A stretch of 61,623 bases of DNA, the filler included, from Choristocarpus tenellus KU-1152 (Eukaryota; Protista; Phaeophyceae): assembly GCA_964200185.2 (NCBI GenBank). It is 12 parts of 12 records of this genome, joined end to end, with 100 filler letters (N's around TTAATTAATTAA, not from the genome) between each part and the next. Parts side by side here need not be neighbours in the genome. Positions count along the whole stretch, not along the records: positions 35,955 to 39,159 come from CAXNAD020021564.1; positions 39,260 to 43,486 come from CAXNAD020015586.1; positions 43,587 to 48,391 come from CAXNAD020012995.1; positions 48,492 to 51,443 come from CAXNAD020023416.1; 8 more parts are not named here. One strand, 5' to 3'. Below, piece by piece: positions 38,012 through 50,603 of the stretch (its first letter is position 1; each line of letters starts with the position of its first letter). Made by a program: the position numbers and the translations under genes. Under the pieces are notes generated by a model that saw nothing but the letters and a program-made list of their open reading frames with translations, ran no database searches and was not told the origin of the DNA.

Positions 38012-38783
38012 GTGACACAGCTTTGCGCTTTTGTGTTCCCCATCCCATAACAAGACTGCACGAGTTTATAGGTGTTTCTGTCCAGTCAACTAAGAGATGG
38101 AACAGACATTAATGGCAATCGATGGATTACATATTATTGTCGACATTTGTAGAGAGTACCCATTTTTAATTTATGACTTGACCTTACCCTTTGCCCTCAA
38201 GTTCGAGCGAGTTCCTTTCATCTGTCGACTCTCTTACAAGTGGGTTTAACCTATAGGAATTTAGTGTACCCAGCAGTATCATAGAGATCTCAAATCATGG
38301 ACTCATATTTTCACTACTCAAGTGTTGTGGTGCTTAATGCTTCCTCAGTAGCATTTGTGAAAGCAGTGACCAAATATCAAAACTCTTTTATTATTATTGC
38401 TTCTTTGGTAATCATCAATGAATCCTTTTCTTGTTTAAAAGGATATTTTTACTCAAAGCCTAATTTTTTCCCCTCTAGGAGCTGAGGTGTCTTTTTTGTG
38501 TAGAAGTACACAATCATCAATAACTGATGAGTTATAGTATCATTTTACAATGCTCTTTTCCTAAAGAGTTGATGTGACAAAAAAAAAGACACTGAAAATA
38601 ATATTTCCAGCTGGGGAATTGCGAGAACTCTCAATTTTTGTTTTTGTGTAAGTGCCTGTTGTTAACTGTTCTTCAAGAGTACCTGGTAACTCTGAATTTA
38701 AGTGTATGGTCATTTTCACATTCAGGACAATGGAGGGGTTCCTTGTTGGTCATTCGGGTATCTTACGTGTAGGGAGTAGGTAT

Positions 38784-39159
38784 TCTGTGTTACCATATTG
38801 GATGGAGAGGACTACATGATCACAATGACGACAAATTACTATCCCTATGTATTCGCAGACAGTGAGGACCATACATAGCGCTATCCATTTCTGGAGTGAT
38901 CATGTGCTGTTGAAATGTAATTATGTGTAGTGAGTGGGTAGTCTGTGTTACCATATTGGATGGAGAGGACTACATGATCACAATGACGACAAATTACTAT
39001 CCCTATGTGTTCGCAGACAGTGAGGACCATACATAGCGCTATCCATTTCTGGAGTGATCATGTGATGTTGAAATGCAATTATGTGTAGTAAGTGGGTAGT
39101 CTGTGTTACCATATTGGATGTAGAGGACTACATGATCACAATGACGACAAATTACTATC
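38784..39159. repeat. 158-bp tandem satellite, at least 2.4 near-identical units, runs off the contig
   Basis: TCTGTGTTACCATATTGGATG starts at 38784, 38942 and 39100. Confidence 0.95.
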
Positions 39160-39559
39160 NNNNNNNNNNNNNNNNNNNNNNNNNNNNNNNNNNNNNNNNN
39201 NNNTTAATTAATTAANNNNNNNNNNNNNNNNNNNNNNNNNNNNNNNNNNNNNNNNNNNNATGAAGCTTATGATTCATTTCCCAGCTCACCACGATTAATT
39301 AGTCGATTCCACGATTGATTCCCGGTTTTGTACCAAGTGATACAAAATAAGATCTTGTGTCACAACAATTTTGTTCCGCTTTTTCGGGCATGCCCATGGG
39401 TGAACAAAATCGGGTAACCTACTGTACCAAACTAGTCCCCACCATTATATTATCACTCTTGTATTTTCAACCATCTCATCTCGTTTGGCAAAGGGGAATC
39501 GTGTGAGGCTCCCATCTCTTTTCTCTTCTTTCATACTCACCCAAATAACAGTCTAATAC

Positions 39560-39850
39560 GACCTGATACACGATGTGCGAATCCTTGGGTAGTGTTTTGT
39601 ACTCTACCAAATCAATATCAACACGTTGAAATGATATTTCAACAGGCATGTGACCAATGGGAAGGGTATCTTTGATATGAGCAGTGTTACGCGTTTGGCA
39701 TGTTTGACAATGGCGGCACCATATACAAACATCGATATTGAATGTTGGCCACCAGTACGAGTCTCTAACCTTGTTTAACGTGGGTGAAAAAGCTACGTGA
39801 CTTCCATATAACTCTATGATAGTGGGAACCATGAACTACAAGACTAACTA
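39560..39850 (-). mobile_element. Ty3/Gypsy integrase relic (H2C2 zinc finger and start of core)
   Basis: GSHVAFSPTLNKVRDSYWWPTFNIDVCIWCRHCQTCQ...PVEISFQRVDIDLV. Confidence 0.88.
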
Positions 39851-42014
39851 ACGATCAAGGAAAGACCAACTGGTCTCTAAGAACTCCTCTTACGACGATT
39901 GACTGGAAAATACGAACGACGCGGTAGTAAGCCATTAGGAAGGGAAAAAACCCCGACATAGACGTATTCATTCCTGATCAGAGGGAGGGCCGAAACTGGG
40001 GGACTGCAAAGTATGGTTCAAACCCGACTTGCTGCTCCTCACACAGTTCCGGTGGGTCCACTGTAGGAATACAGTAGTGGAACTAGCGAATACTTCACGG
40101 TTTTGGAAAGTCATTATTATCTTAGTTATTAGAGTGGCATGATCCCCCCAACACGATATGATGGCCATAAGGTCACCTCATATCATACGAAGAGTTGAGA
40201 TCAACAACGTTGTTTGTCCTGTTCTCTGTTAGAATCTTGTCGTTGTTGTGAGTAATATTTCAAATCGTATCAAAATGTGAGGAAGAAAAAGTGTGCACAT
40301 ATCGTTTATTTTCGATCCCGTGTACTAAGTGTTAATTTTTGATCACGTAAACATACAGTTTTTGTTTTCACCCATTCATTAGAGAGTTGATTGTAATCAT
40401 CGTAAAACACTCATTGAGCATTGTTCAGACCACAAACTTTATTCAAGAGATATTGACATCGTAAAGGGTTTCTGTTACAGGCGAATAGCGCGAGCATTTC
40501 TTCCCATGTTTTAGCAAGCACGAACATTTGTGACAGACGTATAGTGCGAGTATTGTTTCTCCCGTTCTAACAAGTGCGAACAATATACGATATTAGTAAC
40601 ACATAGGTAGCCTTACAGAATAAATGATTTCATAGAAGATAGAGAGTAAGATTCGGAATGCATACATAACATTTGTCAAAGTCCATAAGACGTTGCAGAA
40701 TAAAGGTTTATGATTGGAGTACGTGTAGAGCAGTTGCATAGTAGACCAAAGAAATTGGGTGGATGATGAAAATATTAAGAGGGCTTGTGGTCAAACGATC
40801 ACCCTCTTTTACTTCCAGTCTTTATCCTTTATCTTGAACGAAACTTTGAGTCGAGCTTTGAGCTAAGCACTGAGTGGAATATCAAGAAGAAGAGAAGGAC
40901 ACCTGACACCCTACAACCTGTTTTATCAAGGGCAACGCCCCCATAGCGTCGTTTTAAGGTCTTTGGATTTGAGTTGTACATCCTGTGGAGGTGAGTTCTG
41001 AGGAGGTGAGTTCTGAGGGGCGCCTGTTAACATTTCCTCCCTTGTTTCCCCTCTCTTGAATATCCTGAGTCAATCCAACCGAGAGGTAGACAGGTTTGCA
41101 TTTTAATGATCCCGAGAAAGGGCAAAATTGTCACTTTGTACAACTAACTGTCGAAAGAACCCCTGCTTAAGTGCGGCGTGAATTTGTGAGTGGTCTTACA
41201 TAATATCGATTTGCACGAACTTTTGTGCACATGAAGCAATGAAATAGCGTATTGCATAGAGTAAAAAGAGAGCTTGGAATGCAAAAGGATCCAAACCTGC
41301 CTATCTCTCGATTGGTTTGGACCTTCTCTGTTCACACAAGATGTCAGAGACCTACATGCTGTTTTCATATTCCTCTCGACTTGTATTTAAGGAGGCCGTA
41401 TTGCTAGCCCTATGCCCTCAGATCTTGGGTTTGATGCTATGTTGAGAACGTGTGATTTAAATTTAACATTGGGTAGTATCCTTGATGGCATATTCATTAA
41501 TGCCACACTTTCATGTATTACACTTCCTTTTGTATCAAATGAGTCGTGAGAAAATATTGGTCCAATATTATGCTAACAGTCACAGGTGTTTTTCCCGCTT
41601 TACTTCCAGAGATCACTTTTTCTTTGGCCTCGAATCATGGTTGTATGGCTTCCAGACCCATCACTGGAAGGGAAGCGATGTAGAACGTCGGCTTGTCCGT
41701 CATCGTGCCGTTTATTGTCGTATCATATACCGCCATACCGTTTGATGTTATTTTCACGAACCCCGAGTGATCACCCTGGTGAAGACCCATGATACACTGA
41801 CAAGGATCTTTAATATAGCAATCAATCACTGAGGAATCATTTCTGATATCTCCCGTGCCTTAATCGTGATTCTCCCCTCTCGTCCTTCTTCACCTTATAC
41901 TGAGCCAGAGTAAACGAGAGGTACCCATTTTTTGTCCGTTTCGCATTTATAAGTCAGCATTTCAGTCTTTGCAATTCACTCATATTTCGATAAACGAAAT
42001 CTGTTGTACGACGA

Positions 42015-43486
42015 GATCTGGGGTCCAACAGGGAGACCCATTAGGCCCCCTATTATATTGCATGGCAACACACAAGGCCTTGCAAAAGGTACAATCAGTC
42101 TTCGGACCATAAGGGGTTTCCTTCCGGAGCTATCTGGATGGCACGTCCATTTCAGCGAGGGGGATCAACCCTATTACCATGGCTGCTTTTGAGCAGTTAA
42201 AAACTAATCTCTGGGAGGTAGGCATCAACCTAAACATGGACAAGACCTTTGCCGCACCTCTCCAGGGCCACCAACCCACGCCCTCGGAACTAGAGCGCCT
42301 TTCCACAGTGGGAATCAACCTAGCCCCGAACCCCAGTGGTTTTGTCACTCTAGGGGCTCCAGTAGGAACATATGACTTCATTCAAGCTCGCATGGCGGAG
42401 GTGATAGAGGGCTCTGGGACACGAGCTTTAGCCGCATACCTAAGTGAGATGGAGGACAAGCAGGTGGCCTGGCTCCTCAACTCCTGGTCCCTCTCCTCCC
42501 GGCTAGGCTATCTTGTGAGGGTCACTCCCCCCCTCCTGGCACGCTCCACAATGGAGCAAGCAGACAATACCTCCCTGTGGACACTAGAGAGGACAATGGA
42601 AATAGCCGATGCGACAGAGGTGACAGATTTCTTTGAGGGAGGGTGCAACAATAGGTCTCTCCGCCTAGAGACCCACCAACAAGTACAGGCACAGATGCCT
42701 ACAAGTGCGGGGGGTCTGGGCCTCTCTTCTATGAAACACCGCCAACATGCAGCTTTCGTAGGATCACTGGTGGCTACTCTCCCCATCCTCCTAGCAAGAC
42801 AGCAAGGGCCTCGTGGCGAGTCCTTCTCACAAGCTGTATGTACAAGCCCTACAATACAGGCTTTAGGATTGTCCATACACACCCTCCTTTCTACAGGTGT
42901 CCACTCAGAAGACCTGGCTGAAGCTGAAGTTTTTATCCAAGACTGGGTAACCCGGGGGGGAACAGCACCACCTGCACCTGGCCCAGAGGTCCACACCCTG
43001 GCAGCTCATGACGCCAGGATCACAAGGAGGGCCCAACACGAGATCATATGCCTCCTCAACAAGATCCGTTTCGACTCCTTCAGGACACAACTAGCTGACC
43101 TTCCAAATGAGGCACACCAAGGGAGGGAAAGCTCTTCATTATCCCTAGCGCACCACCGGAGCCAGTATGGACAAGGAGCAAACGCCTGGGCCTCGACGCA
43201 ACCTCTGGAACCAGCATGCCAGATCCCCCCTCAGGAATTCAAGCTCACAGCCAGCAGATCCCTAGGGAGAGAGGAGGCCCTATCAAACAGGTGCCCAGTG
43301 GCAGGGTGCGGGAGGCAAAATGTCGATACCAGACATGCCCGCACCTGCCCCAGGGCAGGGGGACAGGTACGACAACACACCCCTATGGTAAAACGCCTGC
43401 ACCAACTATGCAAGGGGATGGGCATCCCTTGCACTACGGAGGATGGTAGCCCTTTCACAGTGGACAGGAATCTCCGCATGGATCTG
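42015..43486 (+). mobile_element. CRE-clade non-LTR retrotransposon fragment (RT C-half, zinc knuckle, start of RLE), 5'-truncated
   Basis: GVQQGDPLGPLLYC at ~42020, one in-frame stop, YLDG in place of YLDD, LGAPVG, GGLGL, CPVAGC-x8-H-x3-C, VRQH, RMDL; 451-aa ORF at 42179. Confidence 0.92.
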
Positions 43487-43586
43487 NNNNNNNNNNNNNN
43501 NNNNNNNNNNNNNNNNNNNNNNNNNNNNNNTTAATTAATTAANNNNNNNNNNNNNNNNNNNNNNNNNNNNNNNNNNNNNNNNNNNN

Positions 43587-44125
43587 GCTGCCGTCCTCCG
43601 TAGTGCAAGGGATGCCCATCCCCTTGCATAGTTGGCTTAGGCGTTTTACCATAGGCGTGTGTTGTCGTACCTGTCCCCCTGCCCTGAGGCAGGTGCGGGC
43701 ATGTCTGGTATCGACATTTTGCCTCCTGCACCCTGCCACTGGGCACCTGTTTGATAGGGTCTCCTCTCTTCCTAGGGATCTGCTGACTGTGAGCTTGAAT
43801 TCCTGAGGAGGGATCTGGCATGCTGGTTCCAGAGGTTGCGTCGAGGCCCAGGCGTTTGCTCCTTGTCCACACTGGCTCCAGTGGCGCGCTAGGGCTAATG
43901 AAGAGCTTTCCCTCCCTTGGTGTGCCTCCTTTGGAAGGTCAGCTAGTTGTGTCCTGAAGGAGTCGAAACGGATCTTGTTGAGGAGGCGTGTGATCTCATG
44001 TTGAGCCCTCCTTGTGATCCTGGCGTCATGAGCTGCCAGGGTGTAGACCTCTGGGGCAGGTGCAGGGGGTGCTGTTCCCCCCCAGGTTACCCAGTCTTGG
44101 CCAATAATTTCCGCCAGGTCTTCTG
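43587..44125 (-). mobile_element. Second copy of the same CRE-like element (C-terminal part)
   Basis: Reverse complement of ~42905-43450 with scattered substitutions; it ends abruptly at a MITE. Confidence 0.92.
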
Positions 44126-44382
44126 GAGTGAAAGTATCTTAGAGGGTACGAGTTTTGCCCTGTTTGTCCATTTGGGACTTGGCTTCCCACAGGTGCTTTA
44201 TTGCATTTTCATACTCTGAAAGGTTTCAGAGTAGGTAAATGTATATGTTATGAAAAAGTGTGTCCGAAATATAGATATTGAAATTTCCTCGTAAACACGC
44301 TAGGCGAAATTGTATCAAAATTGCGACATTTTATTTTGGATCTCAAACGGACACAGTCCTACCCTCTAAGATAATTTGACTC
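44126..44382. mobile_element. MITE family B copy
   Basis: GAGTGAAAGTATCTTAGAGGGTAC ... TACCCTCTAAGATAATTTGACTC. Confidence 0.9.
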
Positions 44383-45546
44383 AATACACAACCTTAAACA
44401 CATTCTTCGTAAGAGCAATAGTAAATTGTCTTGAATTGTTTAAATAACTCTTTTTGTGGGTCTTAATGTGTGCAGTTCCCCCTTTTCCATAGGGAATAGA
44501 ATAAAAAGTCCAAATACTCTATTGACTGGATCTTTCGATAGGAGCAACGCCAAGTTCACACAAGTTGTGCCCAAGGAGCATTATATTAATATGCTTTGCA
44601 TGCATGTCATCACCATTTCTTGTTGGAAGTATTCCACCTGCAAGTTGAAACAAACTGGACGTAGGGAGGGGAAGAAATAATCCAAGATAGAGGGTCGAGG
44701 CTATAACAGCTTTATCATTTCATGGAGTAAGAAGTCCCACATCTTGGTCCATTAATTAGTGCTGTCTCCTCAAACTTGGATATGTTGAGAAGAGTTGGTT
44801 GGGACACTCTATTCAAACAAAAGTGATACAAGCTGGAAATGAGAAGACCAAAAAAGTACCTGTCCATGGACCAATAAACAAAGGTTCTTGTTAAGAATCA
44901 ACAAACTGATGAGATGTACAGAATCTAAGTTCAGATGATTACTACCATTTGATGCACCTCAGAGCAGTAGTTCTCTAAATTTACCGTGCACAACATTACC
45001 ACTTTGCAGTTCCACAGTGGGAGGCGAAAGCACTATGGATCTGGGAATCATGTCACAGTGAAATGAATTCTAGCAAGAATCATATTCTCCTTACCTGTAT
45101 AAAGCTTGCGTATGGATGCTTATCAACGTATTAATTTACATTCTATATGCCAGTCAGCCCTCTTGGTGGGCCAGACTTTGGCAAGGACCGTATCGAGATC
45201 AACTTTCTGTTTGACTTTGTGATGAAGCTGAGCTTGACGGATTGGGGGTATAGGATAAAATATCGTACTAGGTCCATTTCTCAAGAGGAACAAGAAATCC
45301 CCACCTGTCTTGAGGAAGACATCCTTTCAAACCAAACATGCAGGAGTTCGCCCTTGATGGATATGACCAAGGACAAAGAACATATTAAGAATGCAATACC
45401 TCCCTTTTTGCCCAAGGCTGCGAAGTCGCACCACTTCTTTGGCACTAAGTTTAGATACTAGAGATGTATTTTCGACTTAAGTCACTTACGCCTTACACCT
45501 AGAAAACCTTGTTGTCCCCATCCTTGCTCAACGGATCCTCTTACAG

Positions 45547-45663
45547 GTGATTGAGTCTGTCGCTGGGGCGCACCGTGGCATGGAGGACCTACACTCAGCA
45601 GCGCGTAAGGCAGAGAAAGCTATTGCTAAAGGAAAGGTGGAGATCAGCAAAAGTTTGGAGAAG
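45547..45663 (+). CDS. Isolated internal exon with coiled-coil-like content
   Basis: TTACAG acceptor and GTAAGA donor, 117 nt, phase 0: VIESVAGAHRGMEDLHSAARKAEKAIAKGKVEISKSLEK. Confidence 0.55.
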
Positions 45664-46308
45664 GTAAGAGCTTGCCGCAGGATTTCCTCTCTTTTGTCAA
45701 CCTTGAGTCCCAGAGGCACCACAGTGCCACGCTATTGAAGTATCATTACTAAAGAGTTTTATTCTGAACTCAGGAAAAGAGTCTAATGATTCATGTAAGA
45801 ATACTTTGTTTACTGAAGTTGCGATGTTGTTCTGAACAGAACTGAGCTCGTATATTTCTTATTTACAGTTTATAGTCTTCTTGACCTATGCCTACAACAC
45901 TCTCATTATCTCAAAACTCGCATCCGGCTGTGACCTCCTACAGCCTTTGATTCAGAGCTCTTATAAAATCCCAGCACTTTAATAAACCTGAGCACCTTGC
46001 AGAATATCTCCTCATGCACAGAAACTTGACCCCATTGGTTACAATAGGTCCGCCTTCGCATTGGAGATAGCTTAGAGCTCCTCCAGACGAGGATCTCCTC
46101 ATTTCTTCAACAGGATGGCCGAGCACGAGCTATGTACGACCAGGCAATACCTTGCAGCAACCACTTGAGGACGAATGCACCCTTTTTTGATGCCGGTGGA
46201 GTTGAAGAGAAAATGCTTGTGCACAACAGAGTTGATTGTGTTGGTTGCCTTCTCATCAAAGATTACACCCTTCACTTTGGTTCTTATTCCAGCATGGAGC
46301 CAGTCACT

Positions 46309-46335
46309 GGCTAAAAGTATCTGGGGGGGGGGGTA
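46309..46335. mobile_element. Solo MITE terminus
   Basis: GGCTAAAAGTATCTGGGGGGGGGGG with no matching interior or partner end seen. Confidence 0.55.
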
Positions 46336-46530
46336 CGTTCAGTGTGCTGTACTTTCAACATATGTTTTTGAATATTATTATGAATATTATTATGAATGTT
46401 TTCTGATGGATTGATTTAACCTTTTTAATACTTGGTTGGAAGTATTTTGGTGGTATCACATTTTAGTATTACGTGAGCTGATGTTTCTGTAGAGCTGATA
46501 GTTTTTTATTATCCGCACGATGCACAACCT

Positions 46531-47222
46531 TATGGTCCCTACTACCATCTTGGTCCCTAATACGACCTCAGTTCCTGATACCAACCCTGGGACCCTCATC
46601 CCACCTTTGTCCCTTATACCACCTTGGTCCTTCATACCACCTTGGTCCCTTGTACAGTGTCAGTCTCTGATACCAACCTTGGGTCCCTGATACCACCTCA
46701 ATCCCTACTACAAACCTTGGGTCCCTACTACCACCTCGGTCCCTACTACTACCTTGGTCCTTAGTACCACCTTAGTCCCTGTTACCATCTCAGTCTCTGA
46801 TACAACCTTGGTCCCTGTTACCATCTCAGTCCCTGATACAACCTTGGGCGTACATAATACCACCTTGGTCCCTAATACAGTTTCAGTCTCTGATACAACC
46901 CTGGTCCCTGTTACCATCTCAGTCCCTGATACAACCTTGGGGGTCCTTAATACCACCTTGGTCCCTAATACAGTTTCAGTCTCTGATACAACCTTGGGGG
47001 TCCATAATACCACCTTGGTCCTTAATACCACCTTGGTCCCTGTTACAATCTCTGTCCCTGATACAACCTTGGGGGTCCATAATACCACCTTGGTCCCTAA
47101 TACAGTCTCAGTCTCTGATACAACCTTGGAGGTCCTTAATACCACCTTGGTCCCTGATACAACCTTGGGGGTTCATAATACCACCTTGGTCCCTAGTACA
47201 ATTTTTGTCCCTATTACCCTGG
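46531..47222. repeat. Composite minisatellite of 18/21-bp TAC-initiated modules
   Basis: Modules TACCACCTTGGTCCCTRW, TACCATCTCAGTCYCTGA, TACAGTTTCAGTCTCTGA and TACAACCTTGGGGGTCCATAA in shuffled order. Confidence 0.92.
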
Positions 47223-47299
47223 ATCCACCCAAACGTGGTCCCTTTGGTGTGTAACATGTTTTGAGGAGTGAATGAATAATGGTAACAATTTTATGTGCG

Positions 47300-47401
47300 T
47301 ATGTATTATATTAGTACATTAAACTATTAGAACAATAATTGCATATATATATGTATTATATTAGTACATTAAACTATTAGAACAATAATTGCATATATAT
47401 G
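47300..47401. repeat. ~50-bp tandem duplication
   Basis: ATGTATTATATTAGTACATTAAACTATTAGAACAATAATTGCATATATAT occurs twice. Confidence 0.9.
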
Positions 47402-47560
47402 ATTTAAATTGGGTGTTGAGACACGAAGGCATTCCGTAACTCTATTTAAAAATGTATGTGATGCTATTTAAAACACAGAAATTAGTACTCGAAAAAAAAA
47501 AATGTCGGTAATTGTTGTGGCACCATTTTTACTCACAAAAGAGGAAATTAGTACTTTAGA

Positions 47561-47662
47561 GTAAAGTGTCAAGTGCCAAGTGCCAAGTGCCAAGTGTCAA
47601 GTGTAAAGTTTCAAGCGTCAAGCGTCAAGCGTCAAGCGTCAAGTATCAAGTGTAAAGTGTCA
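47561..47662. repeat. 7-bp CAAGTGY/CAAGCGT tandem repeat
   Basis: About 14 degenerate units. Confidence 0.85.
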
Positions 47663-49927
47663 ACACAGTGCGATTGTGCTCGTTTCATATCCAGCCCCGC
47701 CCTGCCCCGCCCCACCCAGAGGATCGGAATCGGTCTCATTTTTTTTTCTTCTTTTTTTGGAGAGTTCTATCATTGAAAAAAAAGAAGATAAGATAAGAGT
47801 GGTTGTGCAAGTTAAGTACTTTGAAGGTGCGCGCTAAATTTTTTTCTGTTTCTTTTTTTCTTGTTCTTTTTGTGGCACTCGATTCCATGAGCTTGTTGCA
47901 TTTCGTTGATATTCATTTAGGAAACGGCCTTGTGAAACGCCTCCGAAGAATTGGCGCCTGCTGCATATTATCGAAATCCCTTGGGGGTGTTGCACGGGCA
48001 ACCGGATCTGTAAAATTCAAGTTGGCGTGTTTGTATCTGTATCTGCGTGTCTTGTGTCTGTGTGGTAGTTAGTATTGCCAACAAAAGCATTGTCCCGGTG
48101 TATAGCTCGTGATCGCATTTTTTTTTTTTTTCCCAACGAGTGTTTTTTGTTCCTCTTTTTTTTCCCTGTGGCTGTTTCTCTTCTCTTTTTTGTTTATAAA
48201 TAATAATGGTAGTAACAGTAATAATAGCTATTCATGTGCCCCAAAAATACGCTCTCTTCCCAACAGCATGGGTCTTCTCTTTCCCTTCCTCTTAGCCCTA
48301 TTCACTTGTCGAAACTGACAAAATCTATCCCCCCCCCTTCCCCTCCCCCCCCCCCCCCCCCCCTCATTTCCCCGGGCCTGGAATTCCTTACNNNNNNNNN
48401 NNNNNNNNNNNNNNNNNNNNNNNNNNNNNNNNNNNTTAATTAATTAANNNNNNNNNNNNNNNNNNNNNNNNNNNNNNNNNNNNNNNNNNNNATACACAGG
48501 GGTGAACAAAATCGGGGTAGGTACTGTAATCAATAATAATCCAGAATTCGTGAGCAAAGCAAAAAAATGGTTTTCAAAAGGGCTTAATCTATAACCCCCA
48601 ATAAGAAAAATAAAATAAAGCACAGTTTCAACCTTACCTAAATGAGTGTAAGACAAGGTGCAGGTTCCCCTCACAAAACAAACTTTCCCAGGTTGATGTC
48701 TCCATCATACAAGATAATCGAGAAAGAAAAATTCGAACATCAAATTTTGGAATAAACGAGTGCTTGAGCAAAATGAAATACATCATGTATTTTGTCTAAC
48801 AATGACAAGAAAATCCACTACGAAGATCAGATTGCGCAAAATGAAATTCACTATCAAAAAGAAAAAGTGTAATAAACGAGAAACGCCACTCGAAGGTGAT
48901 GGACAAATTCAAACCATCTTCAGCACCTTTAGTGGGGCCCCGTGACGAAAGAGCAGTCTGCCGTAGCCCATGTTAGGTTCGTCTATTTCGACCCTTCCCT
49001 GGACATTCCTCAGTGGATTGAGCGATGGAGGTAGGTCTTTGTCCGAATGGTGTAAACTTCTATTGCTCGCCCTGCCTGTGGCTAAAGCAAGTGGAGATCG
49101 AAGCACAGGCTGGGAAACGGATGTGACTGGTCGAACAGGTTTTGATGCATTGCCTTTGGAACGAATGAGGTCCGTATTTCGCAGGAACCGGATCAGGTTG
49201 TTTGTTCAAGGAAGCACAGGCAGCGGGCGAGGAGTTCTGGGTTAAAACAGGTTGAAGCATCGGTACGAGGATTGCCAGTATACTGTTGACAACCTCTTGG
49301 TGGGGCAATGAAGTTTGGCTTGATACCTCATCGTACATGGACATCCTGTTCTGATGAGGTAGTCCTCCTAGTTCCTCCCTAACGATCAGGGTTTCGGCTG
49401 AGATAGCGAAAGGGTGTGACATGCTATCAAACATGGCACACGCATCTATCATATTACCCAAACCATTGTGAGTCTTGTCCCTACAATGCAGCTATTCTAG
49501 CATCTGGTTGTCTAAAAAAATGCATACTGGTCGCTTCGGTAATTCCTCTGTAGCCTTGGCAGTCACCTCTTGCATCAACTTTGTCGTGCCATAACTTCTG
49601 ATCAACAGCGAATTTTTTCCTGAAAATTAGTTTTGATCGCATTAGCATGGTTAACCTTATTTGATGGGTCTCGGTTGGTCAACTTACAACAATCATGAAA
49701 AATACAGGACCATACTTAAATCAAGTAGTCTGCGAGCACAGATCGCGCGAACCGCGCATATAAGGATGAATTTGACGCCTGATGAGGTTATCTTTACCGG
49801 GAGAACATGAGTGTTGTTGTCTCTCCATTCTCTTTTCTTTATTCCCCGTTTATACGATGTTGTCACCTGCTGGCTAAGGCTCAACTCATGGGGGACCAGA
49901 CCTCTGAACCAGACAATCCATGCCAAG

Positions 49928-50236
49928 TTAAATGAGGTATTCTGAAGGTGCAGGCCTCCTTTGAGACTTAAAGGTCTTGTATACCCTGTCCAATTTGGTG
50001 CACTCCATGCCTTTCTCATAGGAATATATCAGGTGATAAGCAATACTCATCCTGAAGAACCTCTCCATAATTAACTTGGACAGCCCCCCGTCATCCTTAA
50101 GACTGACAGGAATGTTGACTCTCATTCCAGGCAAGATGTAGTCTCAATGGCCTCGTACAGAGTGCTTCGCCTGCCCCCAGACCATCTCTATCGGGTTCAA
50201 TTCACAGTGGTACTTGGAAGCATCAAGCAGTGTCCT
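49928..50236 (-). mobile_element. C-terminal relic of a Tc1/IS630-superfamily transposase
   Basis: GHCLMLP(K)YHCELNPIEMVWGQAKHSVRGH*DY..GMRVNIP..L...YKTFKSQRR matches the LPKFHCELNPIExxW ... YKSHRR family; frameshift and stop present. Confidence 0.85.
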
Positions 50237-50292
50237 GTGAGTGGTTTAAACAGTATTAAGCCGAGGTTCGCCCACGTACCGTTTTGGCGGTT

Positions 50293-50603
50293 ACCAATCT
50301 TGATTTTTTTTTAAAGGTTGGCCAACGAGTTAATGGAGAATAAGCATATCAAATGAACGCTCTGGATCTAAGACATCACTGGTTCAAGAGAACGTTTTCG
50401 GAAAAATATGTTTGGTCGTGATAACTCATTCCAGAACATTTCCAATGTTGTGCCGAAACCATTCGACTAAAATTTAATCTTGCCAAAAAAATATTTCCGA
50501 AAAAATCCCTTGCACCAGTGATAGCTTAGATCCAGAGCTTTCATTTGATATGCTCATCGTCGTTTAACTCGTTGGTCAACCCTTAAAAAAAAACAAGATT
50601 GGT
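50293..50603. mobile_element. Foldback-like MITE with ~120-bp inverted arms
   Basis: ACCAATCTTG..GCATATCAAATGAACGCTCTGGATCTAAG pairs with CTTAGATCCAGAGCTTTCATTTGATATGC..CAAGATTGGT. Confidence 0.85.

Noticed and set aside
42905-44125. Large inverted repeat or hairpin of retroelement sequence centred on 43487-43586
   Set aside because: The arms are on different contigs joined by a linker and differ by many substitutions, so they are two separate copies that both broke the assembly.
38784-47222. CRISPR-like arrays (158-bp and 18/21-bp repeats)
   Set aside because: No unique spacers between repeats, no cas genes, and the context is eukaryotic.
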